Origin: a virus | Lineage: Duplodnaviria > Caudoviricetes | Length of the DNA: 53,564 bases | Virus record (IMG/VR): IMGVR_UViG_3300030393_000016 | Span: 1-53,564 of that record | Strand: one strand, 5' to 3' | Notes under the pieces: generated by a model | The model's database searches: none | The model's input: the letters and a program-made list of their open reading frames with translations, nothing else | What the model was told of the DNA's origin: nothing | Translations under genes and position numbers: made by a program | Shown: piece after piece, positions 27,345 through 37,300 of the stretch | Layout: each line of letters starts with the position of its first letter | Position numbering within the stretch: position 1 is the first letter of the stretch

Positions 27345-27665
27345 ATGGCTTTACTACCCCTACCTGCTTTAACAGACGATCAGATTAAAACAATAGAAGA
27401 TCTAGCAGCTGCAAGTTACTCTCCAGAGAAAATTGCTTTATACCTAGATCTTGATAAAAAACAATTTCTTGAAAGTTGGTATGATAAACTAAGTGAAGCT
27501 CGTACCGCTTATGACAAAGGGCAACTCGAAGCTGAGTTTTTGATTAATCAAAAACAGCTTGAGCTTGCAAAAGCAGGAAATATAACAGCTGCACAAATAG
27601 CGTTAAAGGAAATTGAAAAAGTAAAAACAGACAATATTTTAAACCAGGTACTTTTTGGAGCATGA
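27345..27665 (+). CDS. HTH protein, terminase small subunit candidate
   Basis: YSPEKIALYLDL..AKAGNITAAQI. Confidence 0.5.
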   Translation: MALLPLPALTDDQIKTIEDLAAASYSPEKIALYLDLDKKQFLESWYDKLSEARTAYDKGQLEAEFLINQKQLELAKAGNITAAQIALKEIEKVKTDNILNQVLFGA

Positions 27666-28300
27666 AGAAAGAAAAGTTAGAAGATATAGATATACACGAC
27701 CTCTATGAGTTTATGGAGCATGGCAGTATGCAAAATGCTCCAGATAAAATAAGAGAATATGTAGAGCTGTTAGATAAAGTAAGAGGGATGTACTTGCGAA
27801 TAGATCGATATGGCAGTCCTGATGCTATAATAAAACATCTTATAACTATTGAGGGGTTGTCAAGACTAAAAGCAAAAAAAATCTACGAAGAAACCCTGGA
27901 GTATTTTTATTGTGATAGCCACGTTTCTAAAGCAGCTTATAGAAACATATATGCCGATAAAATCGACAAGATGATAAACTTCTCTATGCTTACGGTAAAA
28001 GATCCTTCTGATGCTGCAAAGGTGGTTAAAATGGTTGTAGATGCTGCTAATGTACGTGCATTAGACGAGCCTGATAAAGAAGAGCTGCCAGAAGAACTAT
28101 TCAATCAACCTATCAAAGTATATACAGCTGATGCTGCATCTTTAGGTTTACCAGTTGCTAATAGATCAAAACTAAAAGAACTTATCGAGTCATTGCCTGA
28201 GCTTACCGAAAAAGAAAGACAACGAATGATGCAAGAGGCTGATATAGATAAAACCTTTAAAATGTTCCCTAATGACGAAGAGGATCCGCGTAAACATTAA
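27662..28300 (+). CDS. Terminase-associated hypothetical protein
   Basis: Overlaps both flanking genes. Confidence 0.55.
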   Translation: MKKEKLEDIDIHDLYEFMEHGSMQNAPDKIREYVELLDKVRGMYLRIDRYGSPDAIIKHLITIEGLSRLKAKKIYEETLEYFYCDSHVSKAAYRNIYADKIDKMINFSMLTVKDPSDAAKVVKMVVDAANVRALDEPDKEELPEELFNQPIKVYTADAASLGLPVANRSKLKELIESLPELTEKERQRMMQEADIDKTFKMFPNDEEDPRKH

Positions 28301-29969
28301 TGATGATGATGTAGAAGGACGATATGCATCAAAAGTAAAAATAGCTGTAGATCTTATCGCTCCTAAAAATCTTGCCTTGATCGGTGGTCGTGCAACAGCC
28401 AAAACATCGGACTACATGGCCGAGCGTTCTATGGATATCATTTATGATATGCCTGGGAGCTACCAGGTACTTGTTTCTGATACCTACGTTAACGCTTTGA
28501 AGAATGTTGTACCTGCATTGTTTGAGGGATGGCGACGTAAGGGTTGGCGAGAAGGAATCCATTATATTACCGATAAACGCCCTCCCTCCCATTTTAAGCT
28601 ACCCTACAAGCCCCCATTAGCTTTTAAACATACCATATCATTATTTAATGGCTGCTTTTTTAACATAGGGAGTCTCGATCAGCCAAGTGGCCTTGCAGGT
28701 GGTTCATACCAACATATGTATGGTGATGAAGCACGTTTATTAAAATTCGAAAAACTAAAAAGATTAACCCCTGCCATAAGGGGTGAGTACGAGCGGTTCT
28801 CTCATTCGGTATACTACAGAGGTCGTACATTTTTTACTGATATGCCTAATATTCTTTCGGGGGATGAAGATTGGATATGGAATATGCAGAAAGAAATGGA
28901 TAAAGAACAAGCGCAGCTTGCCTTACAGATAGGTTTAGAGCTTAATAAAATTAAGTGTGAGCTTATTAACTATAGTAAAGCTGGAGATCATAAAAAAATT
29001 AAGAATCTGAAAAGACAAGTACTCAAGTGGAAAGAGTACTGGATTAGAGCGCGTAAAGAACTTACATTTTTTTATGTAGTATCATCCTTTGTTAATGCAG
29101 ATGTGTTGTCCGAAGGTTTTTTCTTTGACAACCTCAAAGCTCTAGGACTTGAGGAATTTAAAAGTGCTATACTTTCATTTCAAGTAGATATCAAAAAAGG
29201 AGAGAAATTTTACGGTCACCTGGGCGAACATCATTTTATGAATGATGGTATTAATTCTGCTTACTATGATAAATACAAACTAGGAGAAGAAATACAAGAA
29301 AGTAGCCTTGCACTAAAATATATCGATCATAACAGGCCATTAGATATTGGTGTCGATTTTGGAGGTATGTGCAGCATGGTGTCTGGCCAACATAGAGGAG
29401 AGTATTTATATCTCTTAAAAGAATTTTTCACCTTAGCGCCTGAAAGCTCCCTTCAGCTAGCAAATAAATTCACCGAGTTTTATAAAGATCATAAGCATAA
29501 AGTAGTAAACATGTATTACGATCGATCAGGAAATCAATACCAAAGTATTAATCGTGACTGGGCATCAGAGCTAAAAGGCTTTATAGAGTATAAAGATGGA
29601 GTGAGTACAGGTTGGGTTGTAAATTTAATAAGTAGAAATCAATCAACCATTTACCAAGCTGAAGAGTATAATTTTGCCAAGCAATTAATGGGAGAAACGC
29701 ATATAGGTCTACCAAAATTAAAGATTGATAAGTTTGGTTGTAAAAACCTTAAAAGTAGCTTAGAGCTTACCAAAATACTTACTAAGACTGATAAAAAAGG
29801 CTCTAAAACAATTCATAAAGACAAATCTTCTGAAAAATTGGCATTACATTTATTACCAATGTATTCTACCAATTTTTCAGATGCGTTTAAATATTTCATC
29901 TTCAGACCAGAATTTTTAAAGTACACTAAAAAATCAAATACAACTATTAGTGGTATTAGTGTGCATTAA
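28272..29969 (+). CDS. terL: Terminase large subunit
   Basis: GGRATAKT Walker A, YGDEAR Walker B, IGVDFG nuclease, SDAFKY. Confidence 0.85.
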   Translation: MTKRIRVNINDDDVEGRYASKVKIAVDLIAPKNLALIGGRATAKTSDYMAERSMDIIYDMPGSYQVLVSDTYVNALKNVVPALFEGWRRKGWREGIHYITDKRPPSHFKLPYKPPLAFKHTISLFNGCFFNIGSLDQPSGLAGGSYQHMYGDEARLLKFEKLKRLTPAIRGEYERFSHSVYYRGRTFFTDMPNILSGDEDWIWNMQKEMDKEQAQLALQIGLELNKIKCELINYSKAGDHKKIKNLKRQVLKWKEYWIRARKELTFFYVVSSFVNADVLSEGFFFDNLKALGLEEFKSAILSFQVDIKKGEKFYGHLGEHHFMNDGINSAYYDKYKLGEEIQESSLALKYIDHNRPLDIGVDFGGMCSMVSGQHRGEYLYLLKEFFTLAPESSLQLANKFTEFYKDHKHKVVNMYYDRSGNQYQSINRDWASELKGFIEYKDGVSTGWVVNLISRNQSTIYQAEEYNFAKQLMGETHIGLPKLKIDKFGCKNLKSSLELTKILTKTDKKGSKTIHKDKSSEKLALHLLPMYSTNFSDAFKYFIFRPEFLKYTKKSNTTISGISVH

Positions 29970-30015
29970 AAATTCTGGTTGTTCCGTTAGCCGAGCGCGG
30001 AGCGCGAGAAATTTT

Positions 30016-30037
30016 AATAAAGCCCCTGTTAAGGGGC
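30016..30037 (-). terminator. Terminator of the anti-restriction cassette
   Basis: GCCCCT-GTTA-AGGGGC with an A/T tail. Confidence 0.5.
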
Positions 30038-30043
30038 ATAATT

Positions 30044-30274
30044 TTATTTTAAATGTGTAAGTATATACTGTTTAAACTCTTCTTCACTCATTTCTTCAAA
30101 AAAAGAAACACTCTCTTTGTGTATATTAATACTGCCAGTTTTTAAAAACATGGCTTTATCAAAATTTAGTCTAATTTTTTGAGGTAATAAATTCCATCTT
30201 CTAAAACCTAAAGACATACTTTTGTTTTTATAAATTTCTGAATTTATTATATTATTATAGATTGAAATATTCAT
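30044..30274 (-). CDS. Hypothetical protein (anti-restriction cassette)
   Basis: Operonic 76-aa ORF. Confidence 0.55.
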   Translation of the reverse strand: MNISIYNNIINSEIYKNKSMSLGFRRWNLLPQKIRLNFDKAMFLKTGSINIHKESVSFFEEMSEEEFKQYILTHLK

Positions 30275-30278
30275 GTTA

Positions 30279-30935
30279 TTAGTTATTTGATGAGTAATAA
30301 AATATACTATTGATTTTGCTATCTATATAGTTATAGTTAACCGCTAAAGAAAAACGAGGGGCACTGTAAGCAATTACATCTCTACAATGTATCTCACCTC
30401 TAATATTGTGAAAGCATAAATTTATAGCGGTCATTTTACAGCAAATCGGGTCTATATCTTCACATACATAATAATTACCGCTTACAACTTTATCGGCTGC
30501 GAGTATGTTTCTACCACTACCCGAGCAAGGTTCATAAATTTTTAAGTTTTTTTTGCTTTTATCAATGGTTAAACTTGCCATAAGATCACAAAGCCCTTTA
30601 GGAGTGAAAAACTGCCCGAACCCCGATTTTTTGTGTTTGCTTGCTAATGCTTCGTAATACTCGCCTAACGGATCGCACCACTCTTCAAACGTTAAGTTTT
30701 TAGCATAGATTTTAACTAATTCAACAAACATCTTACTAAATGTATCAAGTTGAGTTCTACTGTATTTTTTAATAGTACTCAAATATAAACCCTCCTTTGT
30801 TCCTTTCGCCATACAACAAACAACTATAGTTAAAAAATCATCAAACAAAATCGAAATATCAAACTCATATTTAAATGTATTAAATAGGTTGTTTAAGGGT
30901 CTTAATTCTTCCTTTATATCTGTATTCTTTACCAT
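30279..30935 (-). CDS. N6-MTase (HsdM-like) SAM-binding domain protein lacking motif IV
   Basis: GQFFTP, YEPCSGSG, EDID; no NPPF/Y. Confidence 0.8.
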   Translation of the reverse strand: MVKNTDIKEELRPLNNLFNTFKYEFDISILFDDFLTIVVCCMAKGTKEGLYLSTIKKYSRTQLDTFSKMFVELVKIYAKNLTFEEWCDPLGEYYEALASKHKKSGFGQFFTPKGLCDLMASLTIDKSKKNLKIYEPCSGSGRNILAADKVVSGNYYVCEDIDPICCKMTAINLCFHNIRGEIHCRDVIAYSAPRFSLAVNYNYIDSKINSIFYYSSNN

Positions 30936-30938
30936 TAT

Positions 30939-31346
30939 TTAATTTATAGTGCAAATGTTGTTTTCGTAGTTAATAATCGCATTATTTAACGTGTTAATGG
31001 TGGCTAACAAGTTATCATCTGTAAGCTCACAATCTTGATTTAATAGCATTGTAGTATCAGTAAGGGAGCTTTTACAGGCTTCAAATAAAATTTTTGTTTT
31101 TTCTATTTCTTGGTTTTTTCGAAACTCATCAAGATCAATAAATCGTACATAGTCAATTAGTGGATTTATTTCACCATCATTAAAAGCCTCTTGAAAGTCC
31201 ATAAGGTCAAACTCTCTTCCATCTTCCGATTTTCTACATAGTTTAATAAAGTCTTTATCTGTATGATAATTTTTAATATGCTCTTTCTCTTGTTCTGTAC
31301 AGCTACTAATAACAAAAGCGATAATATTTTTGCTCTCTACGCTCAT
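30939..31346 (-). CDS. Acidic hypothetical protein
   Basis: Operonic ORF. Confidence 0.6.
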   Translation of the reverse strand: MSVESKNIIAFVISSCTEQEKEHIKNYHTDKDFIKLCRKSEDGREFDLMDFQEAFNDGEINPLIDYVRFIDLDEFRKNQEIEKTKILFEACKSSLTDTTMLLNQDCELTDDNLLATINTLNNAIINYENNICTIN

Positions 31347-31357
31347 AATATTTTAAT

Positions 31358-31921
31358 TTATAGTGAATAACTTTCTTTATTTTCAATAATGTGTGCTATA
31401 ATTTCCTCTTTATCTATACGAGTTTCGATTAAATCTTCAGAAATGCTTTCCAAATTTCCATAACCGTTAAACTCGATATAATCATCGCTCCAATTTATTT
31501 TCCCAAAACTTGCAGCCATTGCTGCATTCGTAGGGTTATCAAAAAAATGAGTATCAAAAAAATCATCTGTAAATTCGTAGATATAATTATCAACACCTGT
31601 GTTATTACAATACTCATTATTTAGATATACCCAGTTGACATCTTCTAAATCATCTATAAGCTCTACATATTCATAAATGCGCTTTAACTCGCTAAGGCTA
31701 GCGGATTCACTGTATAAAAAGTCTGGTAAATATTCTTGATCTTGAAACATAAATTCTGGCTGTTCTTCATCACAGTGTAATTCTTTGCAAGCCTCTAAAA
31801 ATTCCTCTGCATCTGAATAGTCTGTTAATGTTAACCAATCCCCCGAAATTGAGCAATTGTTATACTTTTCATACGTTCCTACATATAAACTTGGCTGAGT
31901 TGAAAAATCAAAGTTTGACAT
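31358..31921 (-). CDS. ardA: ArdA anti-restriction DNA-mimic protein
   Basis: YVGTYEKYNNCSISGDWLTL..EEQPEFMFQD; very acidic. Confidence 0.88.
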   Translation of the reverse strand: MSNFDFSTQPSLYVGTYEKYNNCSISGDWLTLTDYSDAEEFLEACKELHCDEEQPEFMFQDQEYLPDFLYSESASLSELKRIYEYVELIDDLEDVNWVYLNNEYCNNTGVDNYIYEFTDDFFDTHFFDNPTNAAMAASFGKINWSDDYIEFNGYGNLESISEDLIETRIDKEEIIAHIIENKESYSL

Positions 31922-31979
31922 CTTTTTTATATTTAATTTTAATTGTTAATTATCTCTCTTTCAATACTTAAAGATAATC

Positions 31980-32004
31980 AAATGTAGCGTTATACGCAAC
32001 ATTT
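31980..32004. promoter_or_regulatory. Palindromic operator in the ardA promoter
   Basis: AAATGTAGCGTTATACGCAACATTT; 19/25 identical to 36645-36669. Confidence 0.6.
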
Positions 32005-32325
32005 TGAAGCAAAAAGGAGCTTTAAAAATGTTAAAATAAACTATAAAGAACCTATCTAAATAGGCGGAAACTACATTTAAAAAACATCAAAAAACAGGTT
32101 TAAAATAAATACTAAAAATCGTAAACATCAGAAAATCAACAAACAAACCCTTTTCGGGTTGTTTTGTTGGTTTTTGTCTGTTTGTGAACCCCAGCCCGCT
32201 AAGTTTTCGAAAATCAGTTGCCAGTTGCCTTTTTTTTGGGATATATGAGAGGGCGCACCACCCACGCGGTGAGGCACTCACCACCTTATAAACTCGCAAA
32301 GCCCTTGTTTTACTGGGGTTTGCTT

Positions 32326-32363
32326 CATATCACAACATAAGGTAATTGCCTTGCTTATCATTG
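32326..32363 (+). promoter_or_regulatory. Late promoter 4
   Basis: CATATCACAA-N20-TATCATTG. Confidence 0.7.
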
Positions 32364-32380
32364 CAATAAATGGCAATTGC

Positions 32381-32668
32381 ATGGATAACAAGACAAGCAC
32401 CACCTACCAAGCTATAAAGCGAATGCGAGAGCATACCGAATTGGGTATTCCTTTTAGTATTGAGTTTGTAGCATACAACTCAACTAAGGATGAGTATGGC
32501 GGATTAAGAAAGGTAGATAAGGTACTATTAAGAAAAGGGCTAAGAAACGACCAGAGCGACAAGGCTAATACTCTTATAGCTTATACCGATCATAGCGGAA
32601 CGGGTGCGCCCCGTTTCTTTCATTTATCGCTATTAATGAAGTTTAACGAATACACCATTAAACCATAA
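32381..32668 (+). CDS. Conserved small phage protein preceding the portal
   Basis: ATG at 32381; PFSIEFVAYN..LMKFN. Confidence 0.65.
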   Translation: MDNKTSTTYQAIKRMREHTELGIPFSIEFVAYNSTKDEYGGLRKVDKVLLRKGLRNDQSDKANTLIAYTDHSGTGAPRFFHLSLLMKFNEYTIKP

Positions 32669-32670
32669 TT

Positions 32671-34038
32671 ATGAATGTAATAGAACGTGTAGGTAGTAGT
32701 GCTATTGTACAATCAGGTACTGTTGCATACACCTATGAAGCATCGGAAAGTCCTAGAGATTTTGATAGATACAAGACTGTTAGTAATGACAACCTGAACT
32801 GGAGCAGTCAGCACAACTTTATAGGCGATTATGTAGTATATCCGTATGGTAGTAACAATGATTTACCAGAACAGATAAAGGAGGTTGTACAAAACAATAA
32901 CCTTGCTCCTGGTATCTTGACTAAGAAAACGCAATTGTTGTGGGGTTCTGGTCCTGCATTGTACAGAGATACTACTGTTGATGGTAAACGACAACGTGTG
33001 TGGGAGGAGGATGAAGCTATACTGAACTGGCTAGAGAGTTGGGATTTTGAAGATTACTTATTGCGCTTATGTGTAGACTATCAGCATATGCAGGGTGTGT
33101 ATAGCCGTATCATTCAATCTCGAGGCACTAGAGTGGGTAATAACTTCATTGCTAGGTTAGAACACATACCTACTGATAAAGCGCGTTTAGCGAGCTTAAA
33201 AGCAGCGCAAAGCAAAGCAGCTACTCATATTGTAACTACAGACTGGAGCTTTGCTACTCCTGATGCTTTAAGTGAATACAGGGCTTATAATATTTTTGAT
33301 TTTACGCGCCCTTTTAAACATAAAAATGCAATACTGTATTCGAACATGTATAGCTTTTGTACGGACTATTATACAGTGCCAGACCTTTATGGTTCTATGG
33401 AGTGGTTGCGACGATCTACAGCTGTACCATTGATATTTAAAGCTCTATCTAAAAATGGCATCAACTTGAAATATCACATTGTGTCGCCACAACAATATTG
33501 GGATGATAAAGCAGAGGCTTTAAGATCAGAGTGCGTAAAAAAAGGGCAAGAGTATAAAGAATCGATGCTTGAAGAGTACAAAGATGGAGTGCTTAAAACA
33601 ATATCGAAAGTATTATCTGGAGAAGAAAATACAGGTAAGTTTCTACATACCTCAAAAACTATAAAAATTGAAGGGGCTACCCTATCAGAGCATGGTTGGG
33701 AGGTAAAAGTAGTAGATCAGAAAATTAAAGACTATGTGGAATCTCAGATAAAAATTGCTGATAGAGCTGATGTGGCCGTAACATCAGGTATTGGTTTGCA
33801 CGGATCGCTTGGTAACATTGCTGTGAATGGTAAGGCAGATAGCGGATCAGAGCAGCTATATGCACTTAAAAACTTTATGGCTACAGGTATTGATATTCCT
33901 GAAATGATTATCACTAAAGCTATTAACTATGCGATAAAAGCCAACTTCCCTACTACTCGATTAAAGATTGGTTTTTATCACATGGTGCCCGAAAAAGAGC
34001 AAGATGTTAACCCAAAAGATAGAATGAAAAACAACTAG
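32671..34038 (+). CDS. Portal protein (probable)
   Basis: YPYGSNNDLP, YYTVPD, SGSEQ; size and position. Confidence 0.7.
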   Translation: MNVIERVGSSAIVQSGTVAYTYEASESPRDFDRYKTVSNDNLNWSSQHNFIGDYVVYPYGSNNDLPEQIKEVVQNNNLAPGILTKKTQLLWGSGPALYRDTTVDGKRQRVWEEDEAILNWLESWDFEDYLLRLCVDYQHMQGVYSRIIQSRGTRVGNNFIARLEHIPTDKARLASLKAAQSKAATHIVTTDWSFATPDALSEYRAYNIFDFTRPFKHKNAILYSNMYSFCTDYYTVPDLYGSMEWLRRSTAVPLIFKALSKNGINLKYHIVSPQQYWDDKAEALRSECVKKGQEYKESMLEEYKDGVLKTISKVLSGEENTGKFLHTSKTIKIEGATLSEHGWEVKVVDQKIKDYVESQIKIADRADVAVTSGIGLHGSLGNIAVNGKADSGSEQLYALKNFMATGIDIPEMIITKAINYAIKANFPTTRLKIGFYHMVPEKEQDVNPKDRMKNN

Positions 34039-34040
34039 CT

Positions 34041-34997
34041 ATGAAACTATTATTTGAAAAAGAGGGTGTTAATGGTAGTACTGAACTAAAGGAACTCTTA
34101 GGGTTTATAGATGCTGATATCAAATTTAGTAGTATAAAGCCTGATGTTATTACAGCTACTCACGAAATGATACGGGTAATAGGAAACCCCGTTTATAATA
34201 TGGTTCATAGTGGCTATATCGCTGGAGCTGAAGATCAGGAAGAGTTACTATACATGATGCGCTATCCTATAGCTATTCGATCGTACAGCTTACTTGCTCC
34301 TAATAAAGATATATCGCATACTAACAATGGCCGAAAGATGCGCCAAGCCGATCATGAGAAGCAGGCTTTTGAGTGGATGATTGACAGAGATAATGCTGCG
34401 TTAGAGCGTAGGTTCTATAGGTCAATGGATGATTTTCTGCATTACCTTGACAATCATAGTGCGGAATGGAAAGCATCTGAGGCCTATGTTAAATCGCATC
34501 GTTTATTTTTGAGAACCACCGATGATTTTAATACTTACTTTCCTATTCATTCGCGTTATGTTCTCATAAAATTAGAACCTGGTATAAGACAATGTGAACA
34601 AGACGAGATACTGCCTCGAATAGGTAAAGATCGTTTTGATGTGTTAAAGCAGAAATTACAGACTGATACCGCTGTTACTGATGAGGAACTACAGCTGCTA
34701 TCGTTAATACAAGAAGCGTGCGTGTATCATGCGCTAGCATGGGCAATGATACGCTTATCTGTACATATATTTCCTGAAGGAGTTTTGCAATCTTATACTT
34801 CAGATAGACAAACTACTCAAGCCAAGCAGGCATCTCAAAAACTAGAAGCGCAAGCTGCACGACAAGCCTTTATGGCCGATGCAGCAACGGTATTAAAAAA
34901 AATAGAAACATTACTTACCCCTACTCCTATTGCTTCAGATAGTACTGATAGTACTATTGCAGGTGCAACGGAAGGATCAAACTATTTAGGATTATAA
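34041..34997 (+). CDS. Head-completion / connector-like protein
   Basis: Follows the portal; two-fold internal helical repeat. Confidence 0.5.
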   Translation: MKLLFEKEGVNGSTELKELLGFIDADIKFSSIKPDVITATHEMIRVIGNPVYNMVHSGYIAGAEDQEELLYMMRYPIAIRSYSLLAPNKDISHTNNGRKMRQADHEKQAFEWMIDRDNAALERRFYRSMDDFLHYLDNHSAEWKASEAYVKSHRLFLRTTDDFNTYFPIHSRYVLIKLEPGIRQCEQDEILPRIGKDRFDVLKQKLQTDTAVTDEELQLLSLIQEACVYHALAWAMIRLSVHIFPEGVLQSYTSDRQTTQAKQASQKLEAQAARQAFMADAATVLKKIETLLTPTPIASDSTDSTIAGATEGSNYLGL

Positions 34998-35302
34998 TGA
35001 TGAAAAAATTAAAAGATTTATTCTACAGAATTTGGTATTTCAGAACAATTAAACGTTTTAATGGTTATAATAATAAACTAGCTAAAGCTATTAAAGATAG
35101 AGAGGTAGACCAGCTGATACTAAAACACTCTATAGTCACTTATATGCGCCGTTATATGGGTATAGATGTACAATCTGCTTTCATTCCGAAAAGCTATAAG
35201 AGCATCGAGAAAAGCAAACAGCAGGTTTTAGGTCGCTTTGGCGATGAGATGGAAAAATTAGGAATAACAATTAACGATAAGCTCGAGCTATGCACTCAAT
35301 AG
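34997..35302 (+). CDS. Hypothetical phage protein
   Basis: Operonic ORF. Confidence 0.6.
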   Translation: MMKKLKDLFYRIWYFRTIKRFNGYNNKLAKAIKDREVDQLILKHSIVTYMRRYMGIDVQSAFIPKSYKSIEKSKQQVLGRFGDEMEKLGITINDKLELCTQ

Positions 35303-36210
35303 AAATTCCAGAAGCAGCATTAAAATTATTCATACCTGAAAATTTGGCTGAATGCGAGCGCGATCAGTACTTGGATATGTGCGCGTTATTGTATCAAGTA
35401 GCTACAGGATCTATTTCTTTTGAGCAAATGAAAGTACAGGCTGTGTATCGATTGTTGAATATAGTACCTGGTCGAAAACATGATGATACTTTTGATGATA
35501 TGGACGAACATCAAAAATGGGATAATGTAACTCAGCTTTCAATACTTGTAGACTCATTTTTTACTGATGATAATGGGCAAAAAGTAATAAGGCAAGACTA
35601 TACGCATAACCCTGTGCCTAAAATAAGACCATTGCTCAAAAATTATTTTGGACCAGCTGATAGCTTTACGAATGTAACCTTTGGAGAGTACAACGATGGC
35701 CTGCGCTTATTTTTAGAATATAGCACTACTGGAGAGTATGAAAAGTTGTACTTGCTTGCTGCTATATTTTATCGTCCTAAAAAGAAATGGTTATGGTTAG
35801 AGCGTAAGAAGGTAGACTATAATGGAGATGTAAGGGAGCAATATAACGCGAACAGTATAGCAAGTAGAGCTGCTAAGATAAAACAATATCATCCTGGCTT
35901 TGCTTATGGGTTTTATCTGCTATTTGCAAGTTTTCAGAAGTGCTTGACTCAAGCAGTGATCCCTTGGGGAAATAGAGAGCTAGATTTGTCGATACTATTT
36001 GATGCTGATGCTGCAGGAGAAAGTGATGATGAAGCGGTGCCTGGTATAGGGATGGATAGCTTGGCTTATGCAATTGCTGAGAGTGGCGAGTTTGGAACTA
36101 TAGAGGATGTACGGAACACTAACCTTTGGGAGGTACTAATACGACTGTATGACCTCAAGAAAAAAGATCTCGATTACAAACAAAACGAAAAAGATAATGC
36201 TATTAATTAG
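35290..36210 (+). CDS. Hypothetical phage protein, possible tail assembly chaperone
   Basis: TFGEY..LAAIFYRP..FGTIEDVRNTNLWEVL. Confidence 0.55.
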   Translation: MHSIEIPEAALKLFIPENLAECERDQYLDMCALLYQVATGSISFEQMKVQAVYRLLNIVPGRKHDDTFDDMDEHQKWDNVTQLSILVDSFFTDDNGQKVIRQDYTHNPVPKIRPLLKNYFGPADSFTNVTFGEYNDGLRLFLEYSTTGEYEKLYLLAAIFYRPKKKWLWLERKKVDYNGDVREQYNANSIASRAAKIKQYHPGFAYGFYLLFASFQKCLTQAVIPWGNRELDLSILFDADAAGESDDEAVPGIGMDSLAYAIAESGEFGTIEDVRNTNLWEVLIRLYDLKKKDLDYKQNEKDNAIN

Positions 36211-36646
36211 TGAGCTTAAAAATTATACTGAAGAAGTAGTACAAGCAATTGCATCTGTAAAAAAGGGGAAAGTTGTGGTTACTGTAGATGATCTATTTAA
36301 ATTCATGAAAGAACATACTGCAGAAGATAATATCCTGATGATCGCTTTAGTGCCTGAACATGGAGTAAATGGCAGTGAAGATGCTGTGCAGTGGGAAAAC
36401 ATGACAGGGTTTTACTTTATGGATAAAACCGATTATTCAGCACACGACTATGATAGTTACCTCGCTATATTTGAGCGTACACAAGCTGCTGCTTGTGAAT
36501 TTGTAGAGAAGTTACTCACAGATAAAAGCGAAGGATGTAACCTCTTCAGATTACTAGAACAAGACAGTATTAGTATTAGTCCTGTTAAGAATTTAGAGAG
36601 TTGTAACGGATATTTTGTACAACTTTCTATGGGATCTAAGTTTTAA
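36197..36646 (+). CDS. Tail-terminator-like hypothetical protein
   Basis: Acidic ~150-aa ORF; ATG at 36197. Confidence 0.5.
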   Translation: MLLISELKNYTEEVVQAIASVKKGKVVVTVDDLFKFMKEHTAEDNILMIALVPEHGVNGSEDAVQWENMTGFYFMDKTDYSAHDYDSYLAIFERTQAAACEFVEKLLTDKSEGCNLFRLLEQDSISISPVKNLESCNGYFVQLSMGSKF

Positions 36647-36669
36647 ATGTTGTAAATTACGCAACATTT
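36645..36669. promoter_or_regulatory. Palindromic operator upstream of the small HTH gene
   Basis: AAATGTTGTAAATTACGCAACATTT. Confidence 0.6.
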
Positions 36670-36678
36670 AAAACTAAA

Positions 36679-36885
36679 ATGATGAACGAAGAAGATATAA
36701 AACAAGCATTTGACAAAGCAATATCAGTAAGAGGTATAAGTAAGCAATTAGATATCAGCCGTAGCAGAGTTTCTCATTGGAGAAACGATGAGAAGGTACC
36801 GTTTAGCACTATGCTCGAGGTGCTTTATAAACTCGACAAGATAAAGATATTACCAAATGACGAAGCAGGAACAGCAGCTGGATGA
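36679..36885 (+). CDS. Small HTH repressor
   Basis: RGISKQLDISRSRVSHWR. Confidence 0.75.
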   Translation: MMNEEDIKQAFDKAISVRGISKQLDISRSRVSHWRNDEKVPFSTMLEVLYKLDKIKILPNDEAGTAAG

Positions 36886-37216
36886 TGTGCTAAAAGGACG
36901 TTTTGTAAAACGAGTGCTTAGTACTCAAGCTACAGCTATAAACCTTGCCCAGGTTAAATACATGGCGAGTAACAACTTTACTAGTTCTGACTGGATTAAT
37001 GATCGAGGTTTTACAACTACAGAAACTGCTTTGGAATATAGCCAAAAACTCAAGCATCGTTTTGTGGATATGAAAACGAGAAAAAATAGTAAAGGCAATA
37101 AAAAAAGAAAGGTGCAGCACCCTATTCATAATAAAATAATCTGGGGTCATTATAATAATATTGTGCGCGAGCTTGCTCATGGTTATACTGAAGCTGTGAA
37201 AGAAGAATTGAGCTAA
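36857..37216 (+). CDS. Neck / tail-completion-like basic protein
   Basis: RFVDMK..HNKIIWG. Confidence 0.5.
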   Translation: MTKQEQQLDDVLKGRFVKRVLSTQATAINLAQVKYMASNNFTSSDWINDRGFTTTETALEYSQKLKHRFVDMKTRKNSKGNKKRKVQHPIHNKIIWGHYNNIVRELAHGYTEAVKEELS

Positions 37217-37300
37217 ATGGAATAATGTTAAAATAAATTTTATTAATCCTTTGTTTTCTTTTATTTTAGCTTATTTAATACTTGATTTTATAAAATTCAA

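Noticed and set aside
29985-30010. GAGCGCGGAGCGCGAG GC-rich tandem after terL
   Set aside because: Single short occurrence with no supporting structure; function cannot be supported.
32087-32299. 70-aa minus-strand ORF
   Set aside because: Atypical composition, non-ATG start, and overlap with a probable cis-acting region.
34997-36210. Lambda G/GT-type tail-chaperone frameshift
   Set aside because: No clear slippery heptamer at the junction; the second ORF has its own ATG.
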